Shown piece after piece: positions 54,076 through 64,000 of a stretch of 64,000 nt of DNA (position 1 is its first letter; the number at the start of each line of letters is the position of its first letter). A program made the position numbers and the translations under genes. The stretch covers positions 108,190,001 to 108,254,000 of the forward strand of contig OX597816.1 of assembly GCA_951406725.2 (NCBI GenBank), read 5' to 3'. Origin of the DNA: Octopus vulgaris. Lineage: Eukaryota. A model generated the notes under the pieces. It was given only the letters and a program-made list of their open reading frames with translations. It was not told the DNA's origin and did no database searches.

Positions 54076-55357
54076 CCGAAATTGCGAGGATGATCCGGTT
54101 CTTGACTGAAGATTCAAGGCTTCGAATGTCCCGTCCGTCTTTTCTGTATCGTCTTCTAAATATTTTGCGTTCTTGTCCCAGTTTATATATATACAGAAGC
54201 TTCTACTCACGAATAAAAGTGATAACTAGATACCTACGTAGACGATTGAATATGTTTATGATTGAAATAATTATTAAAATCTACTCATTTGCACTATATT
54301 CATAATGTTCGTTAAATGTTCAGGAATATGAACAAAGTATGAAATGTGGAGTGGCTGTATTTAATTATCACGGAATTTTGTCACATTGATATTGGATCAG
54401 ACTTATGTCAAAGTTGGTGAGGTAAAAGGTTTCATGTCATGTGACCAATGACATCACTCGTACTTTGTCACTAGTATTGAAAAGAAGCATCAATTCATCT
54501 ATTCATGATTAGTATTCCGTTACTCTTGATTATGTTGCGTGGGTTAGTTTATTGTACGATATCTTTTACTTCAATGTAACTTATGTCGTTTTGAAGAATT
54601 GCTAAATGTAGTGGCTTACATTTTATGAAACATATATTTACTAATGTCTGAATGAATATTTGGGTGATGTGAGCTTGTTTTTGTTGTTGATTTTCTGTAA
54701 TTCAAAGGCTAAATGTTGTTTTCATATAGAATAAAACCGTAGTTACATGTATATATGCATATGCATGTATCGACATTTCTGTATCTATGCAAATACATAA
54801 CCACTCACACAAGCGTGTGTGTGCGTGTGTGTGTGTACATATATATATGTATAAGTACACGTGTTCATCAGGGATTTTAGACGTTACTTTACATTCAATT
54901 GCCCGCATATATTTGTGCGTTGTTTATGCTCACATAAACGAGTGCGTGTGTGTGTGTGGGTGTTTGTGTGTGTTTATGCGTGTGTATTTGTGTGTGCATG
55001 TGTGTGTGTGTCTATTTTTACAGGCAGTTCTTTAGTTCATTAAAGCAACTAAATCTCCTTTAAGTTAACGCACACATCGTAGAAGTTGAAGATTCTTATA
55101 AATAGTTCTGATTTATATTAACATAGATTTAAACACAGCTTTCTAAACACGTTCTGAATCACGCGAATATATTACGTCTTTGTATGCAAAATCACGTCGC
55201 TTTACTATAGGGCAGGCAAAGCAGTGTTGACTTAATATTTTCAGGAGATTATTTAGGTGATAATGGCTCCCAAATAAACACTAACACAACCGTACATACA
55301 GTCCTGTATAAACCTATATATCTATCTACTTCCCTCTCTCTCTCTCTCTCTCTCTCT

Positions 55358-55663
55358 CGGCTCAGTGGCTAGAGCGTTGGGCTCACAATCACAAGGTGGT
55401 GTGTATGATTTCCAGACCGTGGTGTGTCTTATGTTCTTGAGCAAGACACTTTATTGCACATTGCTACAGTTCACTCAGCTGTAGAAATGAGTTACGACGT
55501 CACTGGTGTCAAGCTGTATTAGTCTTTGTCTTACCCTTGCATAACATCGATGGCGTGTAGAGAGGAGGCTGATATGCATGAGCAACTTTGCCCAGACTAA
55601 TGCCTCAGAAGGGAACTTTCGAGGTACAATCCCATGGTTATTGATGACCGAAGAGGACTTTTA

Positions 55664-55665
<2 letters not shown>
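55358..55665 (+). mobile_element. tRNA-derived SINE
   Basis: ggctcagtggctagagcg head, tgttcttgagcaagacactt CORE-like motif. Confidence 0.8.
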
Positions 55666-55757
<92 letters not shown>

Positions 55758-55760
<3 letters not shown>

Positions 55761-56152
55761 CGCAGGAGTGGCTGTTTGGTAAGTAGCTTGCTAACCAACC
55801 ACATGGTTCCGGGTTCAGTCCCACTGCGTGGCATCTTGGGCACGTGTCTTCTGCTATAGCCCCGGGCTGACCAATGCCTTGTGAGTGGATTTGGCAGACG
55901 GAAACTGAAAGAAGCCTGTCGTATATATGTATATATATATATATATATATAAGTGTGTGTGAATATGTTTGTGTGTCTGTGTTTGTTCCCCTAGCATTGC
56001 TTGACAACCGATGCTGGTGTGTTTACGTCCCCGTAACTTAGCGGTTCGGCTAAAGTGACCGATAGAATAAGTAATCCCGGGGTCGATTTGCTCGACTAAA
56101 GGCGGTGCTCCAGCATGGCCGCAGTCAAATGACTGAAACAAGTAAAAAGAGA
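55758..56152 (+). mobile_element. Full-length CORE-type tRNA-SINE (OR2-like) between (TA)n tracts
   Basis: tggctgtttggt A-box, gggttcagtccc B-box, gcgtggcatcttgggcacgtgtctt CORE, internal (TA)/(TG) tract, tail ggcggtgctccagcatggccgcagtc. Confidence 0.9.
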
Positions 56153-56166
56153 AAAAGAAAAAGAGA

Positions 56167-56312
<146 letters not shown>

Positions 56313-56431
56313 TGTTTATGTATTACGAGACCAATAGCCTGATGTAGAGCTCAATATACGTACGTTTCAGAACGAAGTAAGCTAATGAATTTCATAAGAT
56401 AAATATTTATTCCTTTGTCGTCTCCCTTTCG

Positions 56432-56465
<34 letters not shown>

Positions 56466-57671
56466 AGTGAGGTTGTGTGTGTGCGTATGTGTTTCTCATG
56501 CATTCCAAAACCGAGTTACCGTTTTTGACGTATGGGATATCAAAAGATTCAGTAAGCTTTTGGCTACCAACTAAACTATATTTTCATTCACATATTTGCA
56601 TTGCAAAAATTTAAGATTAGCATTTTTATTTTAGTCACCTATTGTAAATGACATATTTTACCATCACCACAACGACGATGACGTCACATTTTCTATATGT
56701 GTTTGCGCGTTCGTTACGTACGCTGGGTCGATGACTGATAAGTATATGTGTGAGACGGTGTATGTGTCTGACCGTATACATACATTTTTGTGACGACAGA
56801 CACACACAGGGACAGAGATAGGCTTTAGGTGTGCGTTAATCTACGTGTGTGTGTGTGTGTCTCTCTCTCTTTTTCTCTTAGTTTATGTATGTAACTTCCC
56901 CCCCCCCCCCAACAGTGAAACGTGCCGATATTGAAAGTTTACTTGCGATCTAGACTTGAAACAAACATAACGTTCACTTTCAAGTACTACCAACATGAAG
57001 ATTTGGTTAATTTAAAATCACTCACAATACTCGCAAATATATCTGAAAAAATATATTATTCTGGTTATTATAACAAATTCGGAAACGAAGTAGAAAGCCT
57101 CAGCGGTTTTTTCAATATAATTACAGAAATGTTATTCCACTTCTTCTAACTAGTTTCAAGATAATGTTTTTTCAACAGTCCTGTGAGTATCAACGACGCA
57201 CAAACATTTTACTGCATTTCTCAGTATTTATTCTACAGTCTATAATGTTACACAGTTCAAAAACATCTTCCTTTATATACACTTGATTCAGCGTTCATTT
57301 CAAAATTGTAAAATAAATTATTTGTGTATGAAAAATTGAATTATGCCTTCTGAATTTTCTTGAACTTTCACTTTCTTCACCGTGAATTTTAATAACATTT
57401 AGTACATGTTCCAAATAAATGTTGACTTTCTGTACTTTCTTACATTGGTGACGCTAAATTGGTGACTTTCCTTTTTTTATAGCATACCTATGCTACAGAA
57501 AGTATGTTGTGCACCCATATTGACTACATTTCATCTCGCTTGAACTTCGTGTGTGTACGTTTTGCTGTTTTCAATATTATCAATTCTATGAGTGTGTGTG
57601 TTTCTGCGTTCGTTACGTCTATAGTAAACTATAGTAAAGATCATTTTACGTTGTTTTAATGAGCCCACATC

Positions 57672-58005
57672 TAATGAACTGCTGGTAAAAATCACCCGCG
57701 AACGAAAAGCAGTTAAGGGAAGAATGTGGATGTGCTAGGTTGGAGGTTGGGTCGGAGGTCAAGGTTGTGTTGGAGTGCACGAAGCTCTTCGTGGTGAGGG
57801 ATCACCGTGTATAGGCTCCTGATGTCAAAAGTGAAGAGAAGTTTAGAGGGGCCAGGAGGGAAGGAGAAAGAGTTGAACAGACGAATAGCATGGTTAGTGT
57901 CATGGATGTGAGAGGGGAGGGAAGCTACTAGGGGGCGAGGACATGGTCAAGATATCTGGAGATGAGTTTGGTGGGGCAGTTGCAGGCAGAGACGATGGGG
58001 CGAGC
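57672..58005 (-). mobile_element. Penelope-like (Neptune-type) reverse transcriptase fragment
   Basis: RPIVSACNCPTKLISRYLDHVLAP/VASLPSHIHDTNHAIRLFNSF...LFTFDIRSLYTVIPHHEELRAL.../LNCFSFAGDFYQQ with frameshifts. Confidence 0.9.
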
Positions 58006-58354
58006 ATTTTTAATGTCAAGAGAGAGTCCTTTTGCCAATATTATTAACACACGCGCTGGTGCAATTCCACTCCTTTCTCATTGGTCAATTGATTAAATAT
58101 CCAGTTAATAGATTGTTTAACTTGATTAAACAGTAAGTTCATTTGTTTTGATTTTGTATATTTAGATGCATATTATATATATATATATACATATGTGCGT
58201 GTGTATACACATATATTTGCATATATGTGTGTATGTATATTTCTGTGTTTGTGCATCTGTGTGGTGGTGAAAGTCGTAATCAAGTCGTATGCTGTATGCT
58301 GTGCAACTCTGGCCAATTATAAACACAACCGATTTGTTCCAGATACAGGAAGTA

Positions 58355-58412
<58 letters not shown>

Positions 58413-58921
58413 TGGTGAAAAGAGAAAGGGACATTATCAACCTCAGTTCAAGACGTGTGTTTTCTTCATCGACTCCGAAAGCATGAAAAACGATGTTGAT
58501 CTAAGCAGAATTTAAGAGGGTCGGAATGAATACCACAAAGCATTTTATCTGACTCTAATGAACTTGCCAACTTGCCACATTATTCCATTTGCATATTTGT
58601 TGTTCATGAGTGTGTGTGTATGTGTGTATGTATGTATCTGTATCTGTCTGTTTCTACACTTACACATACACACGTACATATCAAGTCTGTGTATTAGTAT
58701 ATACGCGTATATATATATATATATATATACGTACTTTGTCTCATTGATCACTGATGTTCCAAAAACTACATAGTTTTCCTTTGTTGTTTCAGAAACTACA
58801 TTGGTCAAAGATAAAAGCAAGAAACCGTCATGACCCTTTACGCAATGCTGATACTCATCTTATTTTCTGCAGCCGCTGCGAAGGAAGGTATGGATTATTA
58901 TTTTTATCATCATCATCATCA

Positions 58922-58979
<58 letters not shown>

Positions 58980-58982
58980 CAT

Positions 58983-59200
58983 TAACCTCCGCCTTCGCTA
59001 AGGCGGAGCTATTGTTTTCAGTCGTTGACTTTTTTGTCCTTGGACAAGATATCTCAAGAACAGCTGGATGGATTCGGATGAAAATTTCAGGGGTGTTTGA
59101 CCTCGTGACTGGCACGAAGTGATTAGATTTGGGGATCGATTCGTTACCGGGCAAAGATTCTGGATTATTTGTTATATTTATTTTACTTTGCATGAAGTAT
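58983..59200 (+). mobile_element. Helentron-associated (HINE/DINE-1-like) non-autonomous element fragment
   Basis: Terminal hairpin ctccgcctt-cgct-aaggcggag (58987-59008) followed by caagatatctcaagaac..ggatggatt..gatgaaa motif typical of HINEs. Confidence 0.6.
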
Positions 59201-59329
59201 TACGATCTTACGTTCACTTTCAAATCTTGCCCTGGTTATCTCTCTTGAAAGCACGTTCATGGTTTCCACGTAAGTTATGGCGGCGTTGCGATGTAAGCAT
59301 TCGCCACCTCCACCAAGCCTGCTTGCCGC

Positions 59330-59900
59330 TTTGTCCCAGTTCAACTCCACCTGTATTTTTGGTTTGTAGGTTTATGACGAATATCTGCTGTCGCGTGTAG
59401 GACGAATCCGGCTATCGTCTGAGTCCATTGTGAGGATAGTCCTGCCGCCTTCCTTTGGTGGTGAAGAGCAGGCTTTTTTTTTTTTACCTCGTGGCCTTAG
59501 CGAAAGAAGTTGTGTTGGACCAGGTTGAGAATGCTGAAGACATACTTTCCTCTTTGACCAAGCTCTCATAAACTTTTTCATAGAGAGAAGTTCTGACCCC
59601 CAGCAATCTTGTTAAAAGTGGGTGTATGTCGTAAGAATGATCCGAGTGAATGGGCCTACTCTAAGCATGCACTGTAGACAAAGTGGAAAGGGTACTTACC
59701 TTGGTGGTCAGAACTGTTGTGGACTTGTGGGATTTTCACGAGCAGTCCTTGGAAGTTGGGGAATTTTGTTGTTATATTTGATCATTGTTTTTTTTTGCTT
59801 TTCATTGTTTACACGACTTTATGCAACCCCATATTGTATTTGTCCTGTGTTTTCCATAAAGCTTCTTTTTATGTAAACCCTTAGTGGCTAATAATGAAAT
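59330..59900 (+). mobile_element. L1/Tx1-like LINE 3' fragment
   Basis: EYLLSRVGRIRLSSESIVRIVLPPSF, LVALAKEVV, REVLTPSNL, WVYVVRMIRVNGPTLSMH; homologous to 30748-31345. Confidence 0.7.
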
Positions 59901-59991
59901 CATTCCAGTTCTATATTTAAGATAAAATGAATTATGTATATTATTTACATTACTTACATTTGACGGATATTTGTCCTCATTTTTGTTGTTA

Positions 59992-60035
59992 ACACAACGT
60001 TTCGGCTGATATACCCTCCAGCCTTCATCAGGTGT
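59992..60035 (-). ncRNA. Minimal type-I hammerhead ribozyme, intact
   Basis: ACAC-CTGATGA-a-GGCTG-gagggtatat-CAGCC-GAAA-CG-TT-GTGT; loopless palindromic stem III (AACGTT). Confidence 0.85.
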
Positions 60036-60098
60036 CTTGGGGAAATTTCGAACCTGGGTCTCATTCCTAAGGTAATTTTTTCGATGTTGTTGTTGGTA

Positions 60099-60243
<145 letters not shown>

Positions 60244-60248
60244 GTTCA

Positions 60249-60321
60249 GGTCACTATCTGGAATCGAACTCGAAATCTTGGGGTTAGTATCCCGCGCTCT
60301 TAACCACTACGCCATATGCCC
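60249..60321 (-). promoter_or_regulatory. tRNA-like sequence with Pol III A-box and B-box (not a functional tRNA)
   Basis: gggcata-TGGCGTAGTGG-ttaagagcg...GAGTTCGATTCC-agatagtgacc; acceptor and T stems imperfect. Confidence 0.75.
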
Positions 60322-60902
60322 GTGGGCAATTATGGCTTATAAATCTGATATTCTCTTATCCTTTCTTATTACTGGTTGCCATATTCTGTTTATATCTGCA
60401 TTAGGTCTGCTTAGGAAGTTGTGCTGCTTCTTTTAGTTTTCGCATTTTCCATCACTTGCCCGAACAGTCATCCTACTGTAACAAATAGCTAGACGGGAAA
60501 CCAAAGGTAAAATGAGACGCTCAGGAGCTTGCATAGAAGATGCATACATCATCTACATCAATTACGATTACAGCATCATCAACAATATTAAAATGAAAAT
60601 CCATCAAACTTACAAAAATATTTTTTAAAAAAAAGTACCACTCTACTCAGAAATACCACCAACAGAAAAACATACTGTGACAGTAACACTGGCAACACAA
60701 ATGTTTACACTGAAAAACGATCTCTATCATCTGAGCAAAGAAATCAGCATTAACGCTGGTTCAAGAAACTAATATTTGAAAATAAGATTTTATGCGTTTA
60801 AGTCGTTAATCGTAAACTCTTTGAAAGTTGTGAAATATATACTTATTGGGTACTTTATAACAATTGTTAATTGCATTGTGTGTGTGTGTTTGTGTTTGTG
60901 TA

Positions 60903-60957
<55 letters not shown>

Positions 60958-61149
60958 TAAATAGATATCTAACGCGAAACTCTAAGCAATGGACTGAATA
61001 AACTCTAATATATATGTATGGATAAGTTAGAGTCGTATGATTGTATAAAGGTAAATTTATAAGGCAATGTAATTACAACATCGTTCTTTATGCTTTATTT
61101 TTATGTTTTTCCAATTTTACGGTATAATATTACATATTATAAGAAAAGT

Positions 61150-61790
61150 ACTTTCATGCTTTCCGCAATCCTCAGATTTATATGGTAGCACAGTTATGTT
61201 TCACAATTGAATGCTTGAATTTGCCTTTTAACTACTTTCCTGTAGGGACCAGAAGGCTTTGGTTAGAGCACTAATACAGTTGGCAATTAAAAGCTTCTTA
61301 TTCATAAAACCATTTTGACCAATCAGCGAGTGGCTGAGCCGTCACAATTTTTTTGAGCGTACCAACATAGTTAACATAGACTGCGGTTTCGTAAAGGCAT
61401 TTTAGTCACAATCATCGATAAAAGACTCGGTTATATTCAGACGTGAAAGAACACTATGTATTGTAAACAGTATTCTTGTTTTAAATGAAGTTGATATTAT
61501 TGTTATGATTCCTAGGGATTTAAACAGTAATTTTTCTTCTCGAATACTTTGTCTTGAATCACTGGTGTAACATCGGTTTCATAAACTGCTGAGTTTATCA
61601 AACATGCCTGACCAAGCTGACGAGCTTCAGTGTCCCGATAGTTACAATTAGGAATGGGCATATTATAAAAATCTGATAAAGTATTGTATCTCTTGCAGCA
61701 TGAAGCTATTAGTTGTTTTGTTTTTAAATGATGTATATTAAATGACACTTACCTATTGCATCACAGTGTATAATTTGGTGATACAACTTA
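61150..61790 (-). mobile_element. Penelope-like GIY-YIG region remnant
   Basis: CNYRDTEARQLGQACLINSAVYETDVT (cf. CNCR...CPL.G.CL...VY.A.VT) and SALTKAFWSLQ. Confidence 0.65.
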
Positions 61791-61883
61791 AGGTGGATCA
61801 GTAAACTATATATATAAATATACATACATATACATATATACATATATATATATATATGTATGTATGTATGTACACACACACAC

Positions 61884-61943
<60 letters not shown>

Positions 61944-62381
61944 ATTTTATTGAATTATTTTAAATTTACGCTTTCGATAGTCGAGGGCAAATATCTCCAT
62001 TGCCTTAACTTAAAGTAACTGCCGTTTATATATAGAGAGATTTACAATTCCTTTTCCTTTCCTCTAGTATTTTTTCTTCTTTTAAATAAAACAAGGTAAA
62101 AAAGAAGCCATAATTTGCGGAATTATGAGTCTAAATTGTGTCAAAGTTACAATAATAGCATTCGGCAATTATATTTAGAGAAATATTTGTTATAGCTTGA
62201 AGGGATTTTCTATTTTAAAAATAGACCATCAGGTTGGTATTTATTGGTGTGTTGAAAGAAAGAAATCTGGGATTTTAAATGCCACACTCTCAACTGGTTT
62301 CTAGCACCTACTTAAGATTTGTGTAACATACTCTCCTCATGCACACATGCAGACACGTACACATACACACACGCACACACA

Positions 62382-62466
<85 letters not shown>

Positions 62467-62747
62467 ATAATGTATCTTAATAAATGTGTGAATATATATG
62501 TACGCATATATATATATATATACATATACACATGTATTTGTAAAGATGCATGTATATATAATGCACATAAGTGTGTATGTGCATATATATATATATATAC
62601 ACACATATATGTGTGTATTGATATATTTATATGAATGCACACAGACGTATTTACATACTAATACTGACGTATATATATGTGTGTGTGTGTGTGTGTGTGC
62701 GTGTGTCCATACACATGCATAGCTAGATAGACAGACAGATAAATAGA

Positions 62748-62782
<35 letters not shown>

Positions 62783-62840
62783 GCAGGCAGACACACAGGC
62801 AGGTAGGCAGACATACAGACAGACAGACAGACAGACAGAC

Positions 62841-62928
<88 letters not shown>

Positions 62929-63265
62929 GTTTTCATTACTTAAATCAGATTATTGGTGAAATTAATTTATTGGAGTGTTGTTAATGATCAACTTTCGTCT
63001 TGAATTGAAAGTCACATTGAAGATAGGTAAGAAACTTAATCGATACAACGATGTGATCAATGGTTACCTTTATTGAACCTACATTGAATTATCAGTTAAT
63101 TGAATGAAATTGGTGAAGAGTTAGACATTTTTTTCTTTCTGTTGTTTGTTTGCGCGTTGTATTTTGATCGTGCAGTCATATAATCTAAGACGCTCAGCAC
63201 ATGACCATCTCGTCTTATTTTTTTCCTGCATAATGAATATACAGTATAATATATATATGAGTTTA

Positions 63266-63313
<48 letters not shown>

Positions 63314-63616
63314 AGAATATAAAGTAAATCTCGTACACAGAATAGGTGTGAAAATAGTCAAGAATTTCAGGTAAGTACGCTTAGAAGACGGGAAAAAGTG
63401 ACCAGTAAATCGCTAGAGAATCGAATCTTGTACTTCTCGACTTCAATACTCTGTAGCGGCTTACTGGCCCCTTTTTACTGGCCCCTTTTTTTCCTTCCGT
63501 CTCCCAAAGGAATTTATCTGATTTTCTAAGGCAGTTTTCACAGCTATTCTATGTTCGTGATTTACTTTTTTAATATGTGTGTGAGAGTGTGTGTCTGTGT
63601 GTGTGTGTGTGTGTAT

Positions 63617-63876
63617 CAGCGTGGCCTTGTGTTTAGGCTGCTGCACTCACAATCGTTAAATTGTAGGGTTCGTTTCTCAGCCTAGGCAGTGCGTTGTGTT
63701 CTTGAGCAACACACTCCATATCACGTTGCTCCAGTCCCCCTTCGATCAGGGGCGGATTGTTGGCCTGCTAGCGTAACCATCGGGGTGACATCATTTCAAA
63801 TCTAAAACAATGATGAAAAGCACATTGTGACCAGCGATGTGTAACATCTGATAGCCTGGTCGTTCAGTTGATCACG

Positions 63877-63880
<4 letters not shown>
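63617..63880 (+). mobile_element. tRNA-derived SINE ending at (TA)n
   Basis: tggccttgtgtttagg head, gggttcgtttc B-box, gtgttcttgagcaacacact CORE-like motif. Confidence 0.75.
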
Positions 63881-63928
<48 letters not shown>

Positions 63929-64000
63929 TACTAATAATAATAATATAGGATTAAGTTTTTTCTCTACAGAAAAAGAATGCCATAAAAAAATGTGGCAGCA

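Noticed and set aside
54073-54185. CTGAAGA-containing short insert in (TA)n as a hammerhead
   Set aside because: GAAA is replaced by GAAT and stems I-III cannot be drawn convincingly; lone CTGATGA sites at 555, 27088 and 45044 were rejected likewise
56101-56125. HDV-like ribozyme in the ccagcatggcc tail
   Set aside because: Only superficial word similarity; the nested double pseudoknot could not be built, and it is better explained as a LINE recognition stem-loop
60249-60321. Possible tRNA gene (also the heads at 44361, 55358 and 63617)
   Set aside because: Acceptor and T stems do not pair properly and there is no poly-T terminator; treated as tRNA-derived promoters

Overview
AT-rich, microsatellite-saturated eukaryotic DNA. 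The repeat repertoire (tRNA-headed CORE-type and related SINEs, R4/Dong, RTE, CR1-group and Tx1-like LINE fragments, Penelope-like elements, mariner/Tc1 and hAT MITEs) is consistent with a coleoid cephalopod such as Octopus; this assignment is inference. I found no host protein-coding exon. Almost all ORF-track entries are microsatellite read-throughs, and the only recognisable protein motifs are decayed transposon fragments. The main non-obvious signal is a set of about ten minimal type-I hammerhead ribozyme motifs (CUGANGA...GAAA with palindromic stem III) in short Penelope-derived units, mostly next to (TA)n tracts. Several of these units are folded back as inverted repeats. One places a tRNA-like Pol III promoter directly between a Penelope endonuclease stop codon and an intact hammerhead. 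SINE/LINE 3'-tail sharing (CR1-group and Tx1-like) and a 49-bp duplication around a Dong insertion are also visible. All assignments were made by eye, and repeat boundaries are approximate.
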